Source: Macrostomum lignano (taxonomy: Eukaryota). From it: 64,000 bases of DNA. The stretch lies in the NCBI GenBank assembly GCA_002269645.1, contig NIVC01001811.1:124001-188000 (forward strand), written 5' to 3'. The stretch's first letter is position 1. Each line of letters starts with the position of its first letter. This document shows, piece after piece, positions 11,155-23,844 of the stretch. The translations under genes and the position numbers were made by a program. The notes under the pieces are model-generated. The model did no database searches and was not told where the DNA came from. It saw only the letters and a list, made by a program, of their open reading frames with translations.

Positions 11155-12501
11155 ATGGCATTCTACTTCTTGTCGGGTTGCTTCTGCAGTGCTTTGCTAA
11201 TTGTCTGCTGCGAGGCTGCTGCCCCATGCATGAACTGCACCGCCGTGTACGATCTGGTGACCAGCGATTGTCCCAACGTATCGACTAAAGCTGCGGTATC
11301 AGTGGCCGCTCCCAGTGAACCAGAGTGCGTGCTCCGCTGCACTCTGAGTAGCGATTGCCGACTATCCGTGTACCTGAGAGACAGCCACACCTGCTACAAT
11401 CTGCCTGAATCGCCGTCAACGTCAATAACGACGAAATGTGCCTCGGGTATGATTGTCCGTCGCAAGAAAACTGGTTCATCGACTGTTCTGACAAGCCTAA
11501 GCTTTGCGTCGCAGATTGTGATGTTTTACGACTTCAGAAAGAGTTTTAATAACCTGGCTAGTCCATATCTGCCAACAGCCGAGCCGGTCAATATCCTGCA
11601 TAAAAACTCGGTTGACGGTGTTCGTTTGGAAGACACAATCGGCTCCTATGTGCAAGTGAAGACGCCTGGATTCTTTCGATACTTTTTCTACGGACAGAAG
11701 TTTAACATCTTCTTTCAGGGAAAATTTTCTTCCAACTCAGTGTTAGTAATGTTCGCTTTGTGTTAAAAGATTAATATGATTTTTTTTCTTATTGAAATTT
11801 ATGTTTGGATATATATCTACATTCCTTAGATATAGAGGGTTGGAACAAGCTAAAAAATATTGAGACTTTTCAGCTCCTTTCAGCCTCAGCGGCCAATACA
11901 GATTAGTGCTGCTGCAGTTAGCACAGTTGATTTACTCGTACCATAGACAGTGTCAGTGGGCTTGAAACCAGTTTCGAAACTTGGCACTGAATCCATGGAC
12001 TTTTGGCCATAGACTTTGGACGTTAGACATTCTGGAGGAAACAAGCGTCGTTCCCATTTTTTCAGAGACAAGTGCATCAGCAGCTTTACCGACAACCGCA
12101 CCGGAGCCTATGACAGCCGCATCTTTGCCAGATCGGATGGAGTGCTGGAGGCCAAGATCTACTTCCCTAACGGTACGGTCGACTACGCGTCTTGGTCGAG
12201 CGACAGTGTACTTCCACGCGACTCTGTGGAGCGTACGATCACTCTTGGCGTCAACTTTGAAGGCAACCGATTTGCCGGTCAGGCTTACTTCAATGGTACT
12301 GTGCTCAGCACCTCTGTGGACGGATACGGTAGTGGAGGCATGGGTAAACCCTTGCTAGACATCCATGACTACCTACTGCTGGGACGTTGCAAGAAGAATT
12401 TCACGAAACCTTTCAACGGTTGGCTGCGATGCTGGGGCTTTGCGACCGGTAACCTCGGCAACAGCCAGTTCGATCAGCTCAGAAGTCTCTGCAATGCTTA
12501 A
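11155..12501 (+). CDS. Secreted PAN/Apple-like + LamG/ConA-like protein, paralogue B (two exons, intact)
   Basis: Exons 11155-11741 and 12066-12501, with a phase-2 intron GTTAGT..TTCAG at the same position as in paralogue A. Signal-peptide-like start, ECVLRCTLSSDCRLSVY..CY, and QAYFNG..LLLG..FNGWLRCW. Confidence 0.8.
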
Positions 12502-13904
12502 TTGTAGCATCCAAAGACGGATTACAAGTTGAAATGAGCAATATAGTTTGTTCAGCTACAATACTTTTGTCAGTAGTATGCATGCAGCTTCTGAGAATTT
12601 TGAAGCGTTAAATTCCTGGCTGCTAGTTATCTTGGCACAAGGTAAATAGATGCATGACAGAACTACTTCGATTACATTTTTAGCATAGCAACAACGCAAA
12701 TAAAGCGAATAAGCTTCTGCTTTTCACCGGGGCAAATGTGGAGAACTCAGCCGCAAAAGTTCTCACGCTTGAGTAAACGAGCTACATGCATAAGCCTATT
12801 TTTATTATGTATAACTTTTAATACAATAATTATTTGTGGCATTCACATTTCTCAGGTTTGCAACCGTGAGACTATTGTATAACCGAGGACAGAAGCACTT
12901 TTAATAGGAACTCTTTTGATAACCAACAATTCATTACACACTATACAAACGTTAAAGCTTCTCAAAGCTTGTCAAAAAGCCATAAATGTGTTTTACTACC
13001 ATGATTAGATCAAATTAATAATAAATAAGCAAGGACCACTGCACTAAATAAGTTGACCGTTTCGACCGGAAAAAAAAACTGTTTTTGTCGTGCTCAACTT
13101 CCAAACGCGGGCGTGAAGTTTAGTCTTGCACGGATGCAGGACTACCAGTTACATGACCCCAGCTCAGGATGTTGGTGTAAAATATCCTCCTAATTAAATT
13201 TTCGAGCACTTAACTTATCGATGTACCTGATCCTCAGATGGTCTACTCAACGAGACATTCCATAAATGTACTGGTATACCGGTTTAGACTATACTGCTGA
13301 TTGAGTAGTTCTCATTTACTGTGGGAAGGAAAAGGCAGGGCAATGTTGAGAAGCAACCAGTGCAAGTCAAGTTCTCTGGAGTATAAAAAATAGTGTAAAG
13401 AAATCGCGATTCAGATGAAGACTGCGGTTTAGCCAGGTCTCTTTTGGAGTAAACAAGCATGATCGACCCTGAGTGACCCTGCAAGGCAGCTCAGAAGAGG
13501 CTTGAATAGAAGGATGGAAGCAAGTCATATGAGATAAGGGCTGCCCCCTACTTCTCAGCGCCTCAAGTAACACAACCCGCATGCATAATTAACAATGGAC
13601 TGCACAGGTTGAGAGTCTTCAGCCTTGATCGATAGATTAAAGGATGAGGCTATAAGTTGATTGTTCATTGCTATTTCGCATCGTCGGTGCAAATGTACTT
13701 AGCTAAAGTGTTTGTTAGACTCTAATTCGCAGCTGTAGCACATAGTACGTAGCTGTCGTAAACCCGTTAAACTTTTTATTAGAGGCAGGGGGCTGCGTGT
13801 ACCTTGGCGCACTTTAAGCGACATTGTCACACAACCGGTGAGAAGCATTGCTGCCCATTCCACCGACTTCCCTGAGCAGGCACACACTCACACAGGAGTG
13901 TACT

Positions 13905-14072
13905 GCGGCCCTAACTTTATTTATCGTTAGGCATGTCAGGCATCTTTAGGCAGACCCGAGAGCCGAGATTCCAATTGAGCCCAAAATCAATGCGACTGCG
14001 CAGTTGGAATCGAGCCTGGGCCGCTGGCACATCAGAGCGCCGCGCTAGACCGCTGGGCTACGACCAACCCGT
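13905..14072 (-). mobile_element. tRNA-derived SINE, family 1, copy 1
   Basis: The minus strand has an A-box-like gtcgtagcccagcggtctag, a B-box-like ggctcgattcc, and a 3' end cctaacgataaataaagtt. Homologous to 23845-24025. Confidence 0.7.
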
Positions 14073-14730
14073 TAAATTTTATAGTCAAGGATTCAATATG
14101 TATATTCCTACAATAATATACTGATAAATCCTTGATCCTACCCGTATGCACTAGTGCAGTGGAAGCATTAGAAGAGAAATAAGAATGAGGCAGAGCTACA
14201 CAGGTAAAGGCAATAAAACTTCAACAACCCATAAGGCCGATCCAGGGAAAGTGTGCGAAGACTATAAATTTCTCTTGTTGCTTCTGAACAGAAGAGAAAA
14301 CGAGAGAGAAACAGTGGGGGAATGAGAAGTGGGTGGCTTTTAGACACGCCCTGCAGCATAGGCGCAGAAGAAGTTAATGATTGGCTGCCCACACGACAGA
14401 CCATACAGCAGTTCTCTCCTTACACTGCTCACTCAACAATAAAGTAACATTTGCACCGCATAGACCTCACTGCACGCCAGCATATATGCCTATGCAGCCC
14501 CCGCGAGTACACCGAGAGAAATTGGATTCGCTCTCTCAACGCCACTCACTGCTCGCACAATAGACTGCATGGAATAAAAAATAGAGAATTTCAATACGTA
14601 CGCTGTGCAATTTAGCATGCTATCTAGAGCTCAGTTCGACTCAAAATTCTGCTAGCCACCTGGGTATTTCTACTGCAGATCTTCTTCTTGTTGATCCAAT
14701 ACCTTGTCCCAAATAGCTGTCGCTACACTC

Positions 14731-17700
14731 ATGATCAAAAAGTCATTGGCCAAATGTCAGCGCTGCGGCAGAGCTGTCTACCAGACGGAAAAAATTGGCC
14801 CAATAAATGACGCAGTGTTTCATCGGAACTGCTTCCGGTGCCAGACGTGCAACATATCGCTCAATGTTGGCACCTACTGCGCTAATCCAGCGGACAGCGC
14901 TGACCGAGGCGTCTACTGTGCGAGCCACCGACCGCAGCTGAAGAATACTCAAATGGACATGGAAGCGGTGAGTGTAGGTCAGGCCCGCCAATCCCCAGGT
15001 AGATGTCCGATTCCCTCTGCTCAGGTCTATAGCAGTCAATGCATGTATCAGTCTCTCCGCTCATCCTTCAAGACACTCCTGACATGAGCCATTAACACAG
15101 CTCATCTTTGAAGACACTCCTGACATGAGCCATTAACAAAGCTCATCTTTGAAGACACTCCTGACATGAGCCATTAACAAAGCTCATCTTTGAAGACACT
15201 CCTGACATGAGCCATTAACACAGCTCATCTTTGAAGACACTCCTGACATGAGCCATTAACACAGTTCATCCTCCAGGACACTCTGACATGAGCCATTAAC
15301 ACAGCTCATCTTTGAAGTATAACGGTCTCCGCAGACATCGTTGTTATAATTGAATATAATATTAGTATCATGTCGAAGACTTGTATCTTTCTATCGATCT
15401 GTTAACAAGTCTCAAAGTATTATTAGCCTTGAGTAATTTTACACTCCGATTCACCCAACCCAGCCAGATAGTGACGCTCGGCAATTTTTTAACACTTAAC
15501 AAATATTTGGCCCAGAAAACAGCTGCAAATTGGTTTGACTTATTTTTAGCACACAGTTTGTTGCATGCCTTACTCAAAATGGAGCTAGGAGATCAATTAA
15601 AACTAATGGCTTTAAAACTATTTAAAACTATAATTTTCTACCCGAAGGGCCATTTTAGGGTTTGAGAAGACTGTAATTGTTTTAAATTGAATCAATTATG
15701 GCTTGAAAATGATGTGCATGTAGCACTTATTTAAGCACTATCGGCTCACATTTAGTTTGCGACGCTAAATGTGATTGCCTGTGGCCCAGTCAGTTTGATG
15801 AGTAGATTAATTTGCAAATAAATCAATCATAACACGCGCCAGGTTGGCCTTCGCACCGCGGTGTCCGCTCAGAATTTCTACAACAAGACCAAAGATCGGG
15901 ACGCCGACATTCACCGCAAAAGCCAGGTGGACGCTCAGGCCATCAGCATCAAGCAGGCGGTCACGTGCACCCGGATGCGAAACGAAGACTTGGACGCGAA
16001 AGCGATTACGCGAAGTCAGGTGCCAACTGTTGAGTTGGAGTCTGTTGGAATTCAGGTATAATTAATTTTGATAATACATTGGAACCATCCATTGAATGTT
16101 CAAACTTTCGTTGAAACTTTTCGGTAGACTGTCGGTGTGGAATTTGGTTTTAATCAACCTTCCGTGAAATTGGGGAGTTTCGGTGGAAGTTAGGAAGTTT
16201 CGGTGAATTTGGAAGTTGGAAGTTGAAATTTCGGTGAAGTTGGGGAGTTTCGGTGGACGTTGGGGAGTTTCGGTGAAGTTAGGGAGTTTCGGTGGACGTT
16301 GGGGAGTTTCGTTGAAGTTGGGGAGTTTCGGTGGACGTTGGGGAGTTTCGTTGAAGTTGGGGAGTTTCGGTGGACGTTGGGGAGTTTCGGTGAAGTTAGG
16401 GAGTTTCGGTGGACGTTGGGGAGTTTCGTTGAAGTTAGGGAGTTTCGGTGAAGTTAGGGAGTTTCGGTGAAGTTAGGGAGTTTCGGTGAAGTTAGGGAGT
16501 TTCGGTGAAGTTAGGGAGTTTCGGTGAAGTTAGGGAGTTTCGGTGAAGTTGGGGAGTTTCGGTGAAGTTAGGGAGTTTCAGTGGACGTTGGATAATTTTG
16601 GAGAGTTTCAGTTCGGTGAATTTGGTTTACGTTCTGGGAGTTTTTGTGGTAGAATCATCCCATTATGAGGCCGATAAATGCAGGCAGGTTTACCAAATAT
16701 TTGTCCTAATCCAACCGCAGGGTCCGGTCCGAGCTCAGCGGATGCGGCGACAGAAGCGGGCCACCTACAGCCGGCACCACTTCTTTCCTCAGTTGGTGGC
16801 GCAGAGACGCAAGGAGATGCGTGAGGCTCAGGCCACGCTGGAGAGGCGGCATCGAGAAGAGGAGGACTCGCTGTTTCGCCGGCTCATGGAGGAGAGGGAG
16901 CTCAGGGAGAGGAAACTGGCCGCAGAGATGAAGGAGACCTGGGAGACCCGGCTGGAAGAGCTGACCCGGCGGCAAGCGCCCGAAGGTGAAAGAGAGGAGC
17001 TGCGACGCACCATCAGGTTCAAGGAGCAGGAGCAGCGGAGTCTGATTGAGTCGCAGATTCAGGAGCAGGCTCAGGAAAGAACGGCCGAATTGGTTGCTAG
17101 GCAGAGTCGGGAGATGCTGCAGCTGCTGGCCAAGAAGCAGCAGGAGATGGAGGTGAGGGCTAATGAGATCTCTGAATTCGTTTTATTCAGGAATGTACTT
17201 GTACCTAGACACTTCAAGGACCGTTGTATTAGAACGTAACACTTGTGCCGAACTTCTTTTTGAGCACTTAATTGCTTCCAGATCGCTTAAAGATGCATGC
17301 AACACGTGTTTGGTCCCAATTTTTAATCGACTTGAATTAACTTGGGAAAACTTTTATTTTCCCCACCCCGAACCAGCAGATTAAAAAAAATAGGATAAAA
17401 ACTTGTATATCATGAGAGGGGTTTTAGTGTAATGCAACAAACCAACTTCCCTCCACTGTGACGTCTGTTTTCCACGCTTCTAGTCCATGTCTTATTTCTA
17501 GAAGTCCATGATATGATGCAGTCAAAAGAATACAAGAAGTTACTAAGCAGCAAGTAGATGTCTATGGCTGAACTCTCTCAACAGTGAGTTGCTCTGCTAG
17601 GACCCGCTCTTTGTCTTCTCTCTCTGACTGTCTAAGTTCCGAGGCAAACAAAAAGCAAAGTTACTGGCAAGGCAAAAAGAGAGTTGTTGATAGCATTCAG

Positions 17701-20700
17701 TTATAGTTAACCTTTATTCCTAACAATGGCATTAGAAGAGTCCAATTCGGTAACAAATACTAACGATCCAAGCATGGGAGCCACTTCTAGTAACCATGAT
17801 GACGATGACAATGCCGACAATTTGCAGCAAGAACTGGAAGACCTGGAGGAGGGCGGCAGGCAGGGCGGCGGAGGAGGCAGCGGCGGGAGTCCCAATGTCC
17901 AGTCGATGGCGTCGATGACTTTGACGGCGAATTATGAGAATTCGAGCAGCTCGATAGCAACAGTAGACCAGCAGCAGCAGGACCAGGACCATCAAGAAGA
18001 CGATGCGAAAACTCAGCATCCGGCATCTGGCGATGATGCAGCAACATCGATTGACTCGGTGGAGCTGCCTCAGCCACAGGCGGCTGGCGACGAGGATCAG
18101 AGCGACGCGGTGCCAATCATTCCCGAACGGGTGCCGTCTCCCGTTGCCCCGACCAGGCGCAAGTCCGCCCTGTACACCGACGCCTCCATATTTCGTCAGC
18201 TAGACGAGCACGTGATCAACATTGCCGAGGGCGAGCAGTTGACGTTCACGGATTTGGCCGACCAGTTAACGACAATGTGCATGTCGGAGTTGGAGAAGGT
18301 GCGCGCGATATTCCGCTGGATAACGGTGAAAGATTTGTCAGCTCTGCGCATCGACAAGTGGAATCCGGACACGCCGATGGGCCTGCTGCGGGGCATTCAG
18401 TTCGGCACGGAGACCTACCATGTGCTGTTCATGCGGCTCTGCTCCTATGCTGGAATCCACGCCGTTGAGATCAAGGGTGAGTGCTTTTTTGAGTAGGTAG
18501 GTTCATTGCTCAAATTAGCATGCGTTGATTCTATGACTCAATGTGAGAGTTTCTGGATTCTATGACTCAATGTGAGAGTTTCTGGATTCTATGACTCAAT
18601 GTGAGAGTTTCTGGATTCTATGACTCAATGTGAGAGTTTCTGGATTCTATGACTCAATGTGAGAGTTTCTGGGATTCTATGACTCAATGTGAGAGTTTCT
18701 GGGATTCTATGACTCAATGTGAGAGTTTCTGAGGTTCTATGACTCAATGTGAGAGTTTCTGTGATTCTTTGACTCAATGTGAGAGTTTCTGGGATTCTAT
18801 GACTCAATGTGAGAGTTTCTGAGATTCTATGACTCAATGCGTGAGTTGCTGAGGTTCTATGACTCAATCTGAGAGTTGCTGAGCTGCCAAAGCTCAAGGG
18901 GTCGAGTTTCTGAGATGTAAAGGCTCAAAAAAAAGATGGCTGAAATATTAGGTTAGAAAGGCTTGATACTAGGATAATGCTTTCATGCTTAATTATCATT
19001 TATCTCTAAGAAGCTAGCAACAGACGTAACAAAACCAGGATTTTAAATGTAGTTTTTAAAATTCCTTTCTTTGGTTTGGTGCCTCACTAACAGGTGAGAC
19101 TAAAATAACTGCGTACGTGCCAAAGTCTCATTTTGACATCTGGAATTGTATAGAAAATGTTCTGCAAATGTAATAACTCGTTTACTCTTCGAAAATTTGT
19201 ACTCAGAACGAATATGAAGGTGTCTAAGTACCTAGCCGCAATACTCAGTACAAGCAAGTTCGTAGCAAAGCCCCACCATGCTTGTATCCATGCGAACATG
19301 AACTTCAGTTTTGTCTGTAAGAAGAGAATTTGCAATAATGTTACTAAATAACCACTCATCTGCTTTCAAAAAAATCTACACAAACTTGAGAGGCTTGTTT
19401 CTCGTCACCAAAGCTTGAATAGAGAGTAAAGAGAGGTCACTTGAATACCCTGCTAGCTAGTCGGGTGTCAGTCTATGCTGTGGGCTTGTGTCTAATTAAA
19501 AGTAGCACGTAGTACTACAGTATTGTGTAAATAATTTATAAATTTAATATTTGCAGTAATAAAACCCAAATTTTACAGTAGTTTTAAGAGCCAAAGGTAC
19601 CGAGCCACACGGCTCAATCATTCGTTCACCAAGACTATTAGCTGTTTACCACATTGTATTATTACCGCTAGGCTAGGGGTTGTAGCCTAGTGGTAAGACC
19701 GTCCGACTGACGACTGAAAGGTCGGGCGGTTCGATTCTCGACCCACTCGGAACAATTTGTGTCACTGAGCAAGACACTTAACTCTGCATTGCTTCAGTTC
19801 ACCCAGGCGTAAAATGGGTGCCAGCATTAGCTGGGGAAATTGAGAGTGCGTGTGGCCCCCCCCCCCAGTCCATGGACTGAACGGCAATAGCTGCGGCTGA
19901 GGCAGGTATAATAAAGGTATAATTGCACATGGTATAATTGCACATGGGCAGGTGTAATAAAAATATTGTATGAGCACCATTTAGAATGATGGATGTGTCT
20001 GAGTTTAAGTTGATTAATAAAGTTACTGTTAGTAGCGGCATTTATCTCCGAAAAGAAAATCTAACTTTGAAATCACCTCGGAACAAACGCAAGCTTCAGA
20101 ATTACAACAAATCCCGCAGGTTATTCAAAGTCGGTTGGCTACGAGCCCGGCATGAAGTTTCGTCAGGCTACTAAATTCAAGAACACGTGGAACGCTGTTT
20201 ACGTTGAAGGCGACTGGCGTTTGATCCAGTGCAACTGGGCCGCTAGACACCTCGTGTTCAACCGCACTACTGGCAGTAGCCAAGCTGCGTCGGCTGCTGC
20301 TGCTCCGGCCACTTCTCCATCAACCAGCAGTGGCACTAGCGGCGGCGGAGCCTCCGAGAACCTGCGCTACCACTACGACGAGCACTACTTCCTGACAGAT
20401 CCCGACCAGTTTATCTACGAATTCTATCCGCTGGACCCGAGGTGGCAGCTGTTGGAGAAGCCGATCAGTCTAGCCGAATTCGAAGAGTTGCCGTTTGTTC
20501 GATCGGCGTTCTTCCAGTACGGCATGCGCTTTCCGTCGGGCACGAAGGCTGTGCTGGAGACGGACACGACTGGCGGCGCGATACTGGAGCTGGGACTCCG
20601 GGATCCCGGCCTGCCGCTGGTCTGTCACTATCAGCTCCGCAACGCCGAAACAGGCGCCGCGCACTACAAAGGCACCAAACTCGATCGATTCGTGTTCTTC

Positions 20701-21717
20701 ACCGTCCGCTCGCCCGGTCGCCTAGTATTCGACGTGCACGTGCCGAACCTGGATGCCTATTTCCTGGAAATATTCGCCGCCCTAGTTGAGCCAAACAATC
20801 CGGCCACTTACGGCTATCAGGTGCGATTGAAATGCGTCGCCAAGCTGAAAGTGGTGGCGCCCGAGCTGCAGAAGCGAATGACTCCGCTGCCGCAGTCCAG
20901 CAGCAGCACCGGCGAATGGGGACCGTCCAAGGCCATGCGGCACTTCCTCATCCAGCCGATGAGTCATACGGCGGCCGGCATCAACTTCGACGGCAGCCTC
21001 TCCAGAGAGTTGTCCATCGATTTCCAGGTGCCCGCCAGCATCCTCAGCGAGAACTCGGCTTTCTCCGTTCTGCTGCACAAGAACGGCATCACGCCGCAGG
21101 CTCTGTCGCGTTACGCTCGAATCCAAATGGACGAACGTCGCAGCGTGCTTACTGTGCGCTTTCAACCACCCGAGTCTGGCGCCTACGCATTGGAGATCTT
21201 CCTCGAGAGGAAGAATAGCCAACCAACTCACGTATGCAAGTACCTGGTGCGCTGCTTGAATGTGCAATCTAATGCGGTCTTGACTCTGACTAAACCACCT
21301 GTACCGGACGAGTTCAAAGTCAAGTCCGGCGCCAACTCTCCGGTGGTGAAGCGCCTGGCGGTAGCTTACGCCTCCGACGTGCCGTTCAAGTCTTCGGTTG
21401 ATGGCAAATCCGTGTCGCTGAGATTCGCGTTTTCCGACGAGCAGCACCTCGAGTTCATAACTTCGTTGAGTCGCCTACCGTCCGATGGTAAGAAGCAGAA
21501 CTCAACGGACTCGTCGGCGGTGGAGGATCATTCAGATAATTGCGAGATTCGGGTGGTGGACCAGGTAGCCAAAGTGATCGCTCATTTCGTCACCGACGGC
21601 CGCTACAATTTGCACCTGTTGGCCAGACGAGCTCAATCGGATGCCCAGTTTGAGCTTTGTTACACTTTCAAGCTGGACGTCACCCTACCAAAGGCAGTGC
21701 CGTCACAGAGTGCTTGA
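14731..21717 (+). CDS. hil: Hillarin / kyphoscoliosis peptidase-like protein (N-terminal LIM domain, coiled coil, transglutaminase-like domain)
   Basis: Exons 14731-14967 (LIM: CQRC..H..CFRCQTC..YCASH), 15843-16019, 16721-17152 (coiled coil), ~17726/17828-18476 (ELEKVRAIFRWIT..YHVLFMRLCSYAGIHAVEIKG) and 20120-21717 (YSKSVGYEPG..NTWNAVYVEGDWRLIQCNWAARHL..YDEHYFLTDP). Phases are consistent at the GT-AG junctions. The 5' boundary of exon 4 is uncertain. Confidence 0.85.
15060..15320. repeat. Intronic ~41-bp minisatellite (hillarin intron 1)
   Basis: gaagacactcctgacatgagccattaacacagctcatcttt, about 6 copies. Confidence 0.9.
16165..16600. repeat. Intronic 20-bp G-rich minisatellite (hillarin intron 2)
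   Basis: gaagtt(a/g)gggagtttcggtg and ggacgttggggagtttc variants. Confidence 0.9.
18530..18900. repeat. Intronic 29-30-bp minisatellite (hillarin intron 4)
   Basis: ctatgactcaatgtgagagtttctg(g)gatt, about 12 copies. Confidence 0.9.
19673..19950 (+). mobile_element. tRNA-derived SINE with a CORE-like central domain (family 2)
   Basis: A box ttgtagcctagtggtaag, B box ggttcgattctc, then tgtgtcactgagcaagacacttaactctgcattgcttcagttcacccaggcgtaaaatggg (resembles the MIR/CORE consensus), and a tandem ggtataattgcacat tail. Confidence 0.7.
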
Positions 21718-22521
21718 TGTGCAGCTAGTTTTCTGTGAAGAACATTTACAGTACATACACGCAAAGATTAGTTAACCAAATGAAACTATAGGGAGATTTT
21801 ATTTCCATGAAATCTACAGTGCATACGAGTACATGTAAATGTAGAAACATTTTTTGCTAAGTTTCAGCAATAGGAAAAGCCTCGCAATGTGGGTGGTTGA
21901 AGTAGGGCCGCTTTTAATATTTTTATTTTAAAGAATGAGCTAAAATTTGACTAAAAATTTTGTTTATCGCGACATTCTAACAAAAAGCTAAACCAACGGA
22001 AGGTTCATTGATCGCAGATTAACAAAACGAGGCGCGACGTGCATCTAAAAAAATTTTACGTAATTAACCAGCGTTCCATGCCACATCGCTAAACTTCGCT
22101 CTTGCTGTAATCATTTTAAATTACCAAATTCTCATGCATGCCTACTGATTAGATTTTTATCAAAACTCTGTATTGATCACACTTCGATGCCTAAAAACAT
22201 CGCTGCTTCTATGCGTGTCGACACAATTAAAAAGAGCGAATAAAAATGGTAAAAAATATATTCTGAAGCGTCTGCACCAAAATGCGAATAAGTATTTCTT
22301 AGTAATGAAATTTTCAGTCTAAATAATAATCACTAATATTTTTTCTGCAGATGGCACATAGGGAGGGTGCATGCAGTGGCAGTTGGTGGTCATGTGCGGC
22401 TAGGCGGTGGTGTAGTGGATGCTTTCCATATATAAGATCCAAAATTAAGGATACTCTGCCCTGAAAAAGAATAATATTTGCCGGATGTAGGAACCCCTGA
22501 CACGTTGCGCTTTCATATCTC

Positions 22522-23330
22522 AGAAACAACACAACAACAGAATACGCAGTTAGCGTCACGAGGCGCGCTTGAAGGCCAGGTCGCGAATGAACGCCACGCC
22601 GCCAGCCGAATCCTGGCCGGCGTTAGCCAGCAGGCAGTCGACGAAACGCCGAGTGCGCGCCTGCTCCCGCCGGTAGGATGCCTGCAGCGTTAGCAGCAGC
22701 ACCTGCACCGGTTCTGGGCAATACGACTCGGCGCGGATGATGTGGCCTGCCAGCTGGAGTCGCCGATGGCGCGACAGGTCGCTTGGACGGACCAGGCCGG
22801 CGCGGCGATACAAAGTCGAGTTGGTCACTCGCTCGTAGCTGACCTTGAAGGCTGCGCACAGCAGGCTAGCGTGCGCCGCGTCAACTTGTTGCTCGAGCGA
22901 CTCCGTCAGGGTCCAGGTCTCGGCGTTGTACAGCAGGACGGTCTCGATCACTGCCTGGAACAACGCCACCCTCTGGCGGTCAGGTAAGGCCTCAGACTGC
23001 AAGACTGCCCTCACGGAACGAAAGGCAGCCCGAGCCCAGCCAAGCACGCGGCGACGCCGCAAATCCTCGCGAACGCCGGGAACCAGACCGCCGAGGTAGA
23101 CGAACTGCTGACAACGCGGAAGCTCTGTCGCCTGTTCATCAGCGCCTCGGCACAAAATTGCAGCCTCGATGTCGTCCGGCAGGCAGAGCACGACGGTCTT
23201 CTGCGTGTTGACCACCAGGCCGACACTCGTTGCAATAGCAACTAGCTTGTCCAGTTGTCGCTGGGCGCCCTCGACAGTTGACGACAGCAGGGCGAGGTCG
23301 TCGGCGTAGCCAAGCACACTGACCCACGCG
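22522..23330 (-). mobile_element. 5'-truncated RTE-like LINE (RT C-terminal half)
   Basis: ORF 22556..23317 contains LGYADDLALL (RT catalytic YADD), GLVVNTQKT, FVYLGG and VLLYNAETWTLT (RTE-type thumb). A gttgttgtgttgtt tail follows the stop. Confidence 0.9.
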
Positions 23331-23407
23331 TCGCCGCAACAGAAAGCCGTCGTCGTTGGTAAGGAAGAGCGGTCCGCAGCACCCAGTCAAGCACCATACA
23401 TGTATCT

Positions 23408-23840
23408 CCGAAAGCATCTATTTCATACATGTACATCCGAGAAGCCTAACCCTAACCCTGAAATATGAAGTTTTGGAGATGTGAAAGAGGCTGCTACATG
23501 TACATCCGAGAAGCCTAACCCTGAAATATGAAGTTTTGGAGCTGTGAAAGAGGCTGCTACATGTACATCCGAGAAGCCTAACCCTAACCCTGAAATATGA
23601 AGTTTTGGAGTTGTGAAAGAGGCTGCTACATGTACATCCGAGAAGCCTAACCCTAACCCTGAAATATGAAGTTTTGGAGCTGTGAAAGAGGCTGCTACAT
23701 GTACATCCGAGAAGCCTAACCCTGAAATATGAAGTTTTGGAGCTGTGAAAGAGGCTGCTACATGTACATCCGAGAAGCCTTAACCCTGAAATATGAAGTT
23801 TTGGAGCTGTGAAAGAGGCTGCTACATGTTCATCCGACAA
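23408..23840. repeat. 63/69-bp minisatellite with embedded TAACCC
   Basis: tacatgtacatccgagaagcctaaccct(aaccct)gaaatatgaagttttggagctgtgaaagaggctgc, about 6.5 copies. Confidence 0.9.
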
Positions 23841-23844
23841 CAGC

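Noticed and set aside
13130-13580. Possible LINE endonuclease remnant (ETWL-like) on the minus strand
   Set aside because: Only a 4-residue motif across frameshifts, which is insufficient without a profile search.
13990-14072. tRNA gene
   Set aside because: It has A/B-box-like motifs but I cannot fold a full cloverleaf, and it continues into a shared SINE body seen in a second copy. The same applies to 19673-19750.
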